A DNA stretch of 64,000 nucleotides from positions 1 to 64,000 of the IMG/VR virus record IMGVR_UViG_3300047499_000113, one strand, 5' to 3'. Below, one piece after another: positions 26,892 through 37,800 of this stretch (the first letter of the stretch is position 1; each line of letters begins with the position of its first letter). The notes beneath the pieces were generated by a model. It was not told where the DNA came from. It made no database searches and saw only the letters and a program-made list of their open reading frames with translations. The translations under genes and the position numbers were made by a program.

Positions 26892-29632
26892 TAGTGCGCC
26901 ACCCTTCTCGGATTGAGCATGTTCCCGGGAACTCGATAGACCGCAGCAGCGCTGTCACTGAGACCGGGCTGCAATCCGATGTTCACGTTCTGGTCGAACT
27001 CACCCCAGCGACTAAAGACGACCATAACGAGAGTGCCCTTCCTCCCGATGCTTCCTACACCGATGCCTCCATTGAAATCGGCTCGCAGTTCCATGAGAAC
27101 GGGGAACGCCACTTTGTGCTGCTGCGCCAAAGACATCGACTGACCCCAAATGACGGGCGAGTAAATCGGAGGACTCCCGGAATCGGATCGCGGCCAGAAG
27201 TTCCGGTTGTCACCATCGATTGTCGTGTCTGGCGCGAGCTTGTAGAGCTGCACCTGGCCGGGATCGGGAGAGTATGGGATCATCGCCTGCAACTGCAGAT
27301 AGCCGGCGTTGATGCCGAATCCGACAACCGAAATTGCACTCGGGGAATCGAGCCGTGCCTCCGGGTAATCCGATGGTGGTAGCAAACCGATCGGAATTTG
27401 AGCGCTGGGAGAGACATACGGGAACGAATCGTCCGGGCTACCCGATCCTTGAGTGAGCAGGTGAATGGCTTTGGGGATCGCGCGAGCGTAGAGCGGCAAC
27501 GTGATCGGACCACCCGACGGGACCGGAATGGACTGAATCGCTGCAGTGTTGTACCAGATCTGGTACGAATCGTCCGGCGCGGCACCGACCGTAGGAAGAG
27601 GACGAAGCGCTACGAAGGTCGCCTGCACTGGCGTGTTGGCCGAGACAGCGGGGCTCAAAGTTACCTGCGTGTAGTTCGCGTTCACCACGTACGCAGTCGT
27701 CGTATACGGCGGGTTGATACCGTCGTTGATGGATACGGTTCCGGAGAGCTTCTCCGGGATCCAGATAGCCGCACCGGTGGAATCCGCGTAGTACATGTTC
27801 GGCCCCTGCGCAGTCGTGCGAAGACGCGCCGCGACCTCACGATGCCCTGGATTGGCCCACCAGAGGTTGGTCGTGTCAGTCGGAGACCCGGGATTCGTGA
27901 GTGCGAACCGTCCGCCGTCACTCGTTGGCGAAAGCTGAGTGGCGTCTACCCACACCGGTAGACTGGCTGCCGGTGGAGTCCAGAACGCCACCGAATTGAG
28001 CATGTTGCGTTTGGTGCCGTTGTCATTCAAGTATTCTATCCACAGCTCTGCTTGGATCGTGAAGCTCGAGCCAGGGGCTGTGTTGAGGTTGACTGTAACC
28101 GTGTCTATTGGGCCACCGAGCGTGCTGGCAGTCAGAACGACCGACTGCGCGAAGACCGTGTTGGTCAGATCCGTCAGGTCGAGGTCTGTACTCGAGACGA
28201 GCATCCGCAAGGATCCAACACCAGAGATGTTCGTCCCGGCGGGGGCCAAAGCGGCGAGATTCACAGTGCCGGGCGCCAGGTACACAGGTGACAACGCATT
28301 GAGGTGAAACACCACGGTAGTCGTGGAACCCGTCTGCGACCCGCTCGTGACAGCAATCGACTCGGTAATCGATCTGTCGCTGAAGTTGATACGAACGCCG
28401 TCAGAAGTCCCAATGTGACCAGGCGGGCTCGTGATGTCGTCCTTGTAAAGGAACGAGGTTCCGCCGATGACGTTCGAGATGCCGAAGTCTTGATTGTACT
28501 CGAGTTCGGTAGCGAGTGTGTTGTCGAGAAGGCGTTGGAACGTCTTGTCGAGGACTTCCGTCAGATCCCACGCCACGCCCTTGCGCAGATCGAGAACATC
28601 CGACACGACGATCTGATCGGCGTACAGGTTGTCGGGTCGACCGGAAACCGCCGATCCCATGAGCCCGGCACCATTGACGTTGGTCATCCTGTCGAACGGT
28701 GCGCTATTACGACGGAAGACCGCACAAATCGGAACGGCGTACATGTAGCCGTCGACTGTCCCGAGCAGCGCCGCAGAAGGAGAGTCTCCCGTACCAGCTA
28801 TCCAGAGCCCAGCGTCTCCGGGCGAAGGCATGTACTGAAACCCCGTGGGAGATCCATCGGGACCCGGAGAAGGGTAAGCGGGGATAGTGTTGGCGACTGC
28901 GACAGGGCAGTCGAGTCCGTCCGGAAAAGCCTGCAGCCATTTGTCCGGAAGATTCGAGATGACTCGATATCTGTACTGGATCTGGACTCGCCTCGCAGTT
29001 TCCTCAGCAAAGGTCGGATCCACGAGGTCGTCCGACAAATTCTGGTTGGGACTGACGTCGGGACTTTTGACGTTGCCGTAGCGCAAAATCTGCCCGGCCT
29101 GGCTTTTGTTCGTCGAGTCCGGGGCCGGCGACACCAAAGCCCTCCAGACCTCGAGAATGACCAGATCGGTGCGTTCTCCGCCAAGAGGCGGAGCCGGAAG
29201 AACAACGTAGTTCGTTCCTTGCACGCCGTAATTGGGCAGCGTCGTGTTGGCTTCGATGGCCGTGAGGTTGAAGTTCACGAGCCAGCCGTTGACGTTCACC
29301 GTCGAGGCGGATAGAGCGAACGTGTTGGCCGTGGTCGAAGACGTCGTGTCAGGCGCTAGAAACGTGTAGTCTCCCGTGACGTTCGAGCGCTCGAGGAAAT
29401 CTGCGTTGAGCCATCCCGAAGGGAGAAACTGCTGACTCAGGAGCCGAATGCCGGCCGCCCCAAGGATCGACTGCAGGAGGTTGATCTCCCAGTCGGCGGA
29501 CGGCTTGTTCTGCTGGATGACAAGCTGCTCCCACGAGTGGTCCTGGGACGTGTATGCGCCACTCCCGTTCGCAGGTTCCTGGACCTTCTGCGGGTTCTGA
29601 CTGACGTTCGGTCCGAGGTTCTCGAATCCCAT
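26891..29632 (-). CDS. Baseplate/tail-fibre-attachment protein (913 aa), paralog of 12729..17579
   Basis: QQNKPSADWEIN, ILEVW, ETARRVQIQYRYRV, DGYMYAVPICAVFRRN, RPDNLYADQI. Confidence 0.7.
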   Translation of the reverse strand: MGFENLGPNVSQNPQKVQEPANGSGAYTSQDHSWEQLVIQQNKPSADWEINLLQSILGAAGIRLLSQQFLPSGWLNADFLERSNVTGDYTFLAPDTTSSTTANTFALSASTVNVNGWLVNFNLTAIEANTTLPNYGVQGTNYVVLPAPPLGGERTDLVILEVWRALVSPAPDSTNKSQAGQILRYGNVKSPDVSPNQNLSDDLVDPTFAEETARRVQIQYRYRVISNLPDKWLQAFPDGLDCPVAVANTIPAYPSPGPDGSPTGFQYMPSPGDAGLWIAGTGDSPSAALLGTVDGYMYAVPICAVFRRNSAPFDRMTNVNGAGLMGSAVSGRPDNLYADQIVVSDVLDLRKGVAWDLTEVLDKTFQRLLDNTLATELEYNQDFGISNVIGGTSFLYKDDITSPPGHIGTSDGVRINFSDRSITESIAVTSGSQTGSTTTVVFHLNALSPVYLAPGTVNLAALAPAGTNISGVGSLRMLVSSTDLDLTDLTNTVFAQSVVLTASTLGGPIDTVTVNLNTAPGSSFTIQAELWIEYLNDNGTKRNMLNSVAFWTPPAASLPVWVDATQLSPTSDGGRFALTNPGSPTDTTNLWWANPGHREVAARLRTTAQGPNMYYADSTGAAIWIPEKLSGTVSINDGINPPYTTTAYVVNANYTQVTLSPAVSANTPVQATFVALRPLPTVGAAPDDSYQIWYNTAAIQSIPVPSGGPITLPLYARAIPKAIHLLTQGSGSPDDSFPYVSPSAQIPIGLLPPSDYPEARLDSPSAISVVGFGINAGYLQLQAMIPYSPDPGQVQLYKLAPDTTIDGDNRNFWPRSDSGSPPIYSPVIWGQSMSLAQQHKVAFPVLMELRADFNGGIGVGSIGRKGTLVMVVFSRWGEFDQNVNIGLQPGLSDSAAAVYRVPGNMLNPRRVAH

Positions 29633-29659
29633 TCAGGCGCCTACCGTTCAGAGGGAGTG

Positions 29660-29671
29660 ACAAGGAACCTA
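29660..29671 (-). promoter_or_regulatory. Candidate late-promoter motif (variant)
   Basis: TAGGTTCCTTGT upstream of 29632; TAG is also the upstream stop codon. Confidence 0.3.
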
Positions 29672-30286
29672 TCGCCGGTACCCTGTCACCGGCATGTTGA
29701 TGACATCACTTTGCTTGTCAGATGTGGCCATGTCGACGAAGAAGACTTGAGCTTCGGTATCCATCGCTCGGGCGATCATCAGCCGGTCGTCCCCGGACAC
29801 GAGATGTGGTGTTCCGTCGCCTAGGATAAGAACAATAGGAGCTGCCACAGTCTGCCCCGTAGCGATGGTGTCGAGAGTCGGCTGCAAGTCCATGTCTCGC
29901 AGCGCGGCACGCTTTTCGGCCTCTTCCATTGACTCGATAGTCCAGGATTCCGAATTGGCGAGCATCGACCAAATCTGCGGCGACAGCTGGCACATGTGTC
30001 CGCGCCCAGCTTTCGACTGGATGTCGGACACGTCGAGTCCGAGGCTCTCGGCCACTTTCTGGAATTTCTCCTGCTCGGCCTCGAGGTCAGGAGTCTTCCA
30101 CTTGATAGTCGTCGCACGCTTCTCTTCCCAAATCTTGGCGTAGACGTCGGAGGGGATGTCCTCACGCCAGTATTTCGGTGCCTCTTCCGGAGGCGGCGGT
30201 TCGCGACCCGGCCACCACTGCAGCTCGCGTTTGATCTGCGTGGCAGCAACTCGAGCCGCAATCCTGAGAAGGCGGCTGAGTTCCAT
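29669..30286 (-). CDS. ParB/sulfiredoxin-like domain protein
   Basis: C-terminal APIVLILGDGTPHLVSGDDRLMIARA resembles the ParB-N PI-V...L-x-x-G-x-x-R motif; charged composition unlike neighbours. Confidence 0.55.
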   Translation of the reverse strand: MELSRLLRIAARVAATQIKRELQWWPGREPPPPEEAPKYWREDIPSDVYAKIWEEKRATTIKWKTPDLEAEQEKFQKVAESLGLDVSDIQSKAGRGHMCQLSPQIWSMLANSESWTIESMEEAEKRAALRDMDLQPTLDTIATGQTVAAPIVLILGDGTPHLVSGDDRLMIARAMDTEAQVFFVDMATSDKQSDVINMPVTGYRR

Positions 30287-30942
30287 CAGAAAGTGAGCCT
30301 CCAGGTCCAGGCAAGAGTGCTGGTCGCGGGCTTGTTGATGACAGGAAAGGTCAGGTAGTTGACCAGCGTGTCGAGACCCACGAGGTCGACGGTCGGATCG
30401 TAAAGCCCGTTCGGCGGGAGCACCGGGTTACGGATCGACATGTTCGTCGAAATGTCGCCGCCGAGGAGGCCCATCTCGACGATGGGGCCTACGGCCTCCG
30501 ACTCGGCAAACGTAGTGGTGAAGTCCACGACGTTTGTCGGGACTCCGGCGATCGTTCCGTCCTGGTTGATGAAGTTCGTGTTCTGAATCGCCTTACGAGC
30601 CAGCTCGTTCCAGAGCGACCGCTGTGTGTTGTTGGCTGGCGGCGGGTTCATCGGATTCCAGGAAAGATCTCCTGTTCCGACAGCGAGCGCGAACACGCCG
30701 AACGAAGGTTCCGACTGATGGGCGATGGGAGTGCCGGTGCCCTTCATCAGGCGCGCGATGAGGACGGAGGCGTCCATCGTCACCACGTTCTTGAAATGAC
30801 CCTTCGTCACTTCCCCGGTCTGGGTGTTGCGAAGCTCCCAAAACACCTCGCCGCGGACGCCGCGATATTGGTCGTGTGCGCGGCCCTGGAGCGCGAACCT
30901 GGGCAGCGCATCCACGGCCTTTTTGACGATATCTCGAAGCAT
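30286..30942 (-). CDS. Baseplate wedge / tail-collar fibre-like protein
   Basis: Likely start ATG 30942 after AAGGAG; NVVT...IARL...LAVGTG...ELARK...FTTTFAESEAVGPIVEMGL...FPVINK...WRLTF pattern. Confidence 0.7.
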   Translation of the reverse strand: MLRDIVKKAVDALPRFALQGRAHDQYRGVRGEVFWELRNTQTGEVTKGHFKNVVTMDASVLIARLMKGTGTPIAHQSEPSFGVFALAVGTGDLSWNPMNPPPANNTQRSLWNELARKAIQNTNFINQDGTIAGVPTNVVDFTTTFAESEAVGPIVEMGLLGGDISTNMSIRNPVLPPNGLYDPTVDLVGLDTLVNYLTFPVINKPATSTLAWTWRLTF

Positions 30943-30974
30943 TCCGGGCTCCTTGAACTTGGTGATCGTACCGG

Positions 30975-31802
30975 TCAGTAAAGGATGATTGTTTGCTTCC
31001 CGGTCGGCACGTCGGTGAGCACCCCCGTGGCGTCTGCCTGAGTCGTCTTGAGCTGAACGAAAGGTGCCTGCGAAGGGCCGGCGTTCCACGAATTCCAGAC
31101 AGGGAGGTAGCCTGGGTTGTTCATGTCGGGCGGATACGCGCGCCCGCTCGGGGTGGGAAGCGGAGGGCCCCACAGGAAAGGCCGGTAATTCGTGGTTTTC
31201 TTCGGATCAGGCTCATATTTGTCAGCTGCGTGGACGTTCACCTCCACCGAGTCCACATCGAGTTGGCTGCCTGCATTCGACTCTTGAAGCGCCGGCGAGA
31301 AAAAGACCTGTCCTTGACCGCCGGCGAGGATGCCGGACCGGACCTCTCCTGTAAACTCGGCGAGCGGAATGCTGGTCAGCGGGACTCCCAAAGGAGTCGG
31401 CGGATACTGGACATTCGGCTTGGCCTGGACCATGTACGACTGCGTGGTCGTACCGCCATCGGTGGTGCTCGCCTGGACGACAACAGAGACTGTGGCCGGA
31501 TAGTCAAAACCGGCTATGATGTTGAAAGAATAGCCGTTGTCCGGGATGCTATACTCGTAGCTCGAGCCCGTGAACTGCGGATCGAAACTCGCGGTGCTTC
31601 CATCGAAGCACGGCAAGGCAGCGATGCTGATCTGCACGGTCGACAGATCGATGAGTCCGCCCTGGACTCCGATCGTCAGCTGAATCGCGTTCGTGCCTGT
31701 GGGTATAAGGTCGCCGGGCTCCGGATTGAGCCCGGTCAAATATATGACACCACCACCGCCGTAGTTTGAGCCGAATTCTGCGCCCCAGCCAGGTGCGGGC
31801 AT
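30975..31802 (-). CDS. Virion structural protein (Ig-like N-terminus)
   Basis: 275 aa, GGAGG RBS; LNPEPG...IDLSTVQI beta-rich pattern. Confidence 0.65.
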   Translation of the reverse strand: MPAPGWGAEFGSNYGGGGVIYLTGLNPEPGDLIPTGTNAIQLTIGVQGGLIDLSTVQISIAALPCFDGSTASFDPQFTGSSYEYSIPDNGYSFNIIAGFDYPATVSVVVQASTTDGGTTTQSYMVQAKPNVQYPPTPLGVPLTSIPLAEFTGEVRSGILAGGQGQVFFSPALQESNAGSQLDVDSVEVNVHAADKYEPDPKKTTNYRPFLWGPPLPTPSGRAYPPDMNNPGYLPVWNSWNAGPSQAPFVQLKTTQADATGVLTDVPTGKQTIILY

Positions 31803-31828
31803 TCCGATGCCTCCACCGCACGTTACCC

Positions 31829-31840
31829 ATTAGGCGCCTA
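31829..31840 (-). promoter_or_regulatory. Candidate late-promoter motif TAG-N7-AT (includes palindrome TAGGCGCCTA)
   Basis: TAGGCGCCTAAT upstream of 31802. Confidence 0.45.
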
Positions 31841-31873
31841 GCTGCAGGGCTCGGTATTTAGTTACAGATACCC

Positions 31874-34800
31874 TCAGCTCAGCACAGCGATGGAGAACGA
31901 ATTGGTCGCTGCAGTGCGTATCAGCTTGTAAGTGTGGAAATTCCCGTCTGCCCAGTTGAAAGCTCGACGGAAAAGGCACTTGTTGGCGTTGAGGTCCTGG
32001 ATCTTGATGAAGTTCACGCTGTTGACGGTGTCGAAACCGATGGCTGCCGTGAACCCGGGACCCGCCATGCCGCTGATACCGATGTAGATATTCGTGTCGC
32101 CCGTGATGGGGTCTGGCACCGCCGCGTTGATGCGCACGCTGAAGGTCACGTCGAAATCCAGCGACGTGGCGTCGGGTAGTCCGGACGGGCTGATGTACAC
32201 GGTCTTGGTACCTGTGCCCGTCGTGCTGTAACGCAAGAAGTCGGTCACGCCCACGCTCAGGAGCTGGAGGGTGACCGCTCCCGGATTGTCCGCCGCCAGG
32301 ACGAACGGCGTGAACTGCGCCACGTCGAGTCCGAGCTTGATTGACGCCGGCCCGCCGACGAAGATTGAAGAGGGTGGACCGATGGTGGGACTGGTCAGGC
32401 GCAGCCTTCCGTCGCCATTATTTGACGCAAAGTTCGCCGGGATTCCCGGCGTTCCGTTGATACGAGACACGACCGCGCCGATGGTAGTGTCCGTCGCCTG
32501 GAACTGGACGATAATCGGTGGGTTTGTATCGATCGCAATACTCAGATTATCGCCGGCCTCGATGGAGAATGGTTGAACATTGGCTCCGACCAAGTTGACC
32601 TGTTCGGGGAACGAGCCGCCTTCGTACGAGAGCGTGTGATCGGTCTGGTACTTCAGACCGCCCATGTGAAGGGTTTCGTCATCCGAAAACGGAGCGACGA
32701 GTCCAGCCTCTCCCGTCGTTATGGGGAAGAACTTCAGATTCTCGTACAGGACGCCGGACGGCGGGTCGATGTGAATGAAGATGGAGTTGCCGTGGACGCC
32801 CGGCTGAGTCAGGTGCAAGTTGTACGCGAGGTTGATGGCATCGGCGAGGACTGCCATCGTTCCTTCGTCGACAGCATCTGGGGCAGTCACCACATTCACG
32901 GTGTCATTCATCACGTGGGCGGGAGCGTCCGAGTCGTTGACGACGGCCACTCTGTGCGCGTTGAAGTTGGCCTTGAGGGCGTTCGCCAAGGCGATACCGG
33001 TCGGCAAATCCACCGCCGGCGGCAGGAGCACGGCGTCGAACTGGTCGTTGGACAAGTGCACGCGGTACTGCACGACGTGCTTGTTGAACGCCGCGAGGAG
33101 GTTGTTCAGGACAACGAGAGTTCCGGCGAGGAATGGCTGTACGACGAACGCCGTGCCGAGATTGTAGCCCTCGAGGTCCACGATGAGGTGGGAATCCTGG
33201 ACCAGGATGTGCTGGTTGTAGTGGTTGGCGAGGTTGTTCGCGAAGGTGATTCCGGTGGGCAGGTCGACAGGCGGAGAATCGGAGTCGCTGTTGAAGCGGT
33301 CGATCCCTTTGTGCACGCCGGGCGCGTTCGGTCGATCGACGTTGACGATGTGCCGATTGAACTGAGTCTCGATGTCCGGCAGGAGGGCGAGAGCGCTCGG
33401 CAGGTCGAAGCAGGGCGGAGCTGTCGAAATGTCGACAGTGTCTGGCCGAACGTGCACTCCCACTTCCGACAAGTGGGCGTTGTAGAACGCCTGCAGGTCG
33501 TTGGACAGAGTGATGAGAGTCGGCAGATCCGATGCGGTGAGAGGCTCGAGGTTGATGATGTCGATGACGTTGTGAGGCCAGGTCCTTTCGACGTGCTCGA
33601 CGAAGACCTGTTGGAAATTCTGCACCAGAGTGGCCAGGCTGGGTGCATCCGTCGCCGGCGGAGCCGTAATGGCGAACAGAGTGTCCGCGATGACGTGGAC
33701 GCCGGCGGCCACGCGGTGAGCTTCGTAATTCGTGCGCACCTGATTCATCGCCGAGATGGCGTTGGGCAAGTTGAACATGCCCGGGATGGGAACGGTGTCT
33801 CCTGGATCGTTCGTCTGATGAACGCCTGGCGAAATGAGGTGATTGTTGAAGGTCGGAATGACCTGCGTGAAGACGATGGAAATGAGTTCCGTGATGGGCG
33901 TGTCGGACGACGTCGCGTTGGTGGTGTCGTCCTCGAGGTCTGAGAGGAACCCACTCTCATCGACGAACTGAAGGGCGGGGACGGCCTCTTGCAGAGTCGC
34001 GGTCTTGCTCAGCCCACCACGCGACTGCAAATCCTGCGTCATGGGCACCGGAGGAGTGCCCTCGCCCAGGTTTGTGAAGGCGGCCAGAGCCGGGTTCGAC
34101 AAGAAGTCGTCGGAAGGAGTCCCTCCCGAGTAAACCGTGAAACCTGCGTGCTCATGTGGCAGCTGAGTGTGCAGGTGCTCAGGAGAGACGACCGCGTTGG
34201 CCTGATTGAGCGTCTGGTGCGGCGGGATGAGGCGATTGGTCAGCGTCAGCTTGCCGATCGAATACTTGATCGGACCCCAAATGACGCGAGCGATTTCTTC
34301 GGGGTCGAAACACCCGAACGCGATGCATTCCCTGTTGCCAGTAATCGGCTGCAGGAAACTCGCCGCAACCCCTGGAAGCTTGATAGCGTCGTAGTTGATG
34401 GAGATGACGGGGATGTTACCGCCGTCGAGAAAGACGGACACATTCCCTGACGGGTCACGCACCACACGATAAGTGTGGGACTGAGTCCAATCGACCTGAG
34501 AGATGTAGTACGAGGCAAGAAGCGACGGATCTCCGCCCGAGTAGATACCGATGAATCTCCTGGAAGCCGCCGTAGGATCTGCGACCTTCAGGTCGCGGAA
34601 TCCGCAGACCGACCTCCAGTCGACCACGGACATCGCTGTACTCGGGTCGCCGTTGCCGACCGCCGTACCGCCAGACCCAAAAGTCATGGCTGGACCGACG
34701 ACACCAGGGTGGAGGCTGTTGTACGAGAAATTCCCGAGCGAGATGTTATCGCCCAGGACTATGCAGATCCCGGCTGTCTTGTTCGTGAACAGGTCGACTG

Positions 34801-37800
34801 AGTGGATCTGCCCATCATTCCAGGCGAACGGGAAAGCTGCTTGCTGATCGAGAAAGCCGGTTGTCGAATTGTACGACAGCACATTGATATATGTGCCGCC
34901 GAATTGGTCTACCGCGTACTGCAGCTCTACATTCTTGCCGGACGTGCCTTCATCGACGTTGACGAGGACTCCAGCGAATTGCAAATTGGTCCCCGAGACG
35001 ATCGGGTTCCCCGGAGTGAATGACACGACAGCGAGCCGGAAGTCGACCTTCCAGTCCACAGCGGGATTGAAGACGGGGCTCGTGTACAGAGTGTTGTTCA
35101 GAGTGTAGACAAGGAAGTCGCTGGTGCTCGAGTCCGTGATCCGCATCGTGCGGCCGAGCATCTCGGACGCCTGGCTTCCAGAAGCCACCCAGTCTGGCGT
35201 GTCCTGGTCCGGGAAAGTCGCGCCAAACCAAGAGACTTTGGGTTCAGGATTGGAGTCGCGTCCGAAGTATGTGCCCAGGGCCAGACCCAACTTCTCCAGT
35301 GCGTTTCCGCCGAGAAGTCGGAGCTGAGAATTCGCGCCGAGCGTCTGATCCGTCAGAACGATGGCGCCGGAGCCGTTGTCCGCGGCGAGCGCGAAGCCTA
35401 CCGCGGCGTTGATGACGGTCGAAACCTGCGCTGTGGTCGTCGCTGGTGAGGTGAAAGTGACGGTGATGGGCTCCGCCGAACCGATGCCAATAATGGCGGT
35501 GTCGTTGGTGGCGATGCCGAAAGGTTGCGTCGATGTCCCGGTGACAGTGGCCGCGCTCGGGGTGTCCTGCAGGAACAGAAGCCACGTCGAGAAGATGTCA
35601 TCGTCGATGAAGACGCCGGCGCCCTTGTTGTCCAGGCTGAATGTGTAGAATCCAAGGCTCGCCGTGAACTCCACGGTGCTGGCGGCCACTCGAGTGAGGA
35701 TAGGCTCGAGCCGCAAGAACCCGCGATACGCACCGGTTGTCATACCGAGCGCGGCAATGTCATCGAGCGGAGCGCTGGCAGTCGAATCCAGGACGAGCTT
35801 GTTGAGCGACAGTCGCTCGAAACCCGACTGCCCAATAGTGATCCACGGGGCGGTGGGGTCGAGTTCCGGGAGGACCGTGGGCTCGTAGTCGACCGCTTTG
35901 TTGTCGCCAATCTGGTCTTCGTCGATGGGCGTGACATCAACGCGGATGAAAGCCCACTTGCTGGTCGAAGTGCTTCGGCGCCACACAGCACCGAAGAACA
36001 CTTGCGACATCGGATTGAGCCGAATGTCGACGTCGGACGTTGCAGGAAGCTGCGCGTGGGTCACGCTTGCTGTGGGGACAACAGCGCCGCTGGTGTAGAG
36101 GGAAACGTTCCCCTCCGAGTCGCGGAAGATGCGGTAAGTCGCGTCGATGGACCAGTTGACTGCTCCACTGACCCAGCTGTCCTCGAACTCCGGGAAGCCA
36201 GAGTTGGTGAGAAACCCGATCTGCTGCACCAGACCCACCGAGTTGACGGTGTCGTTGTTGTAGTGGATGCCAGGAGCGGTCAGGTGCGTGTTGAGGTTGT
36301 CACGCAGCTGGTTGACCAGGGCGAGAGCGCTCGGGAGATCTGTCGAGTCCGGCGCCGTAATCTGGTCGGCCGAGTCAGCGAGCACGTGAATGTGACCGCC
36401 GCCGTAGGACATGTGCTGATTCATCAGCACTTTGAGGCGGTTCGCGAGGATGATGAGAGAGGTGAGATCCGTCGCGTTGACGATATCCACCGTGTCTATA
36501 GTGTCGTTCGGCCGATGCACACCCGTAAGGATAAGGTGAGCGTCGAAAGCGGCCGACAGATCGTTCACCATTGCAATGGCGGACGAAAGATTATTGGCGT
36601 CGGTGAGGAGCAAGCCGACCAGAGCGACTTTTTGACCATCCGCGAGGCCGAAGCCGACGCCCGTGAAGGTCCCATCCGGAACGGTCTGCGACACGCTCAC
36701 GCGGAAAGCTGCGGAGACTGTGCTGTCGAAAGTGAGGTCGATGGGATGCGTGTAGAAAGGAGGCTCGATTCCCGGACCTGGACTCGGGTTAGAGTCCACA
36801 ATGGTGAGCCCGGTCCCTCCAGGAGCCAAGCTCATCGTGCCTTGACCCTCGAGCGTCCAGGGGTCTGTCGCCTGATCGGGCAGAGCCGTCGGGTCGTACC
36901 TAATCACGACCTCGAACACTTCAGCGTTGAGGACCGGGAAGAAAACCCGGTTAGTTGGCACGTTCAGCAGCAGCGTGTTCGGATCGTTGAGGACAGCGCT
37001 GTAGCTGCGCTGGAGCATCTTGTACTTCCAGCCCGTGCGCAGCGGTTGATACGGAGACTTGATGGTGGGAAGCGCGTTCGTCGGGTCGACGAGGGTTGCT
37101 TTGGCCCGATACGTGTAACCCGGCACGCCCATGAATCCGCGGTTGCCGGATTCGTTGAGGACGAACTCTGGAGAGTTGAGCCTCTGAAACTGCGTCGGTG
37201 GATTTCCGAGAAAATCGTAGTTGATGGTGACGGTGTCGGTCGGTTGTGGTGTGTTCGTCAGCACCACTGCACCGAGGAGACCGAAGACAGCGTCGACACT
37301 GGTCTCGATGCCGTTGACGAAGACCTGCACATCTGCAGGGCTGTCAGCCACTTCCCCGATGCGCGGGTCCGAGAGAACCCAATTGAATGGACCGATGTTG
37401 ACGCCCGACTGGAAGGCGACTTGAGCGGATGGAACCGTGACCCTGTCGACCGTGTCTCTCTCGTAGTGGTAGACGCCGCTGTCACGGTGAAGTTCGTACG
37501 CTTGCCGGAGAGCGTTGGCCAGATAGAACGCGCTTGCCAGATTGCTCGCTGGCGGCAAGAGCACGACGTCTTGCGAGTCAGGATTGAGGTGAACGGGAGG
37601 AACGCCGCCGGTGAGCCCGATGTGGTTGAGGAACTTCGGCAGAAGCTCGTTGAGGAGAATGATCACACTCGACAAGTCCACCGAATTTTGCGCCAGAACC
37701 ACGTCTGCCGGGTCGATGGTGCCGTGCACATATGGCGGCGCTCCCGTCCCGCCATTGACCACGTGGGCGTTGAACTCAGCCTTGATGTTGTTGGCCAAGG

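Noticed and set aside
30943-31173. 5' extension of ORF 30286..31173 (and similar extensions at 5830, 7596, 23820, 46154)
   Set aside because: They overlap upstream genes or lack an RBS; downstream ATGs with RBS or stop-start coupling are better starts.
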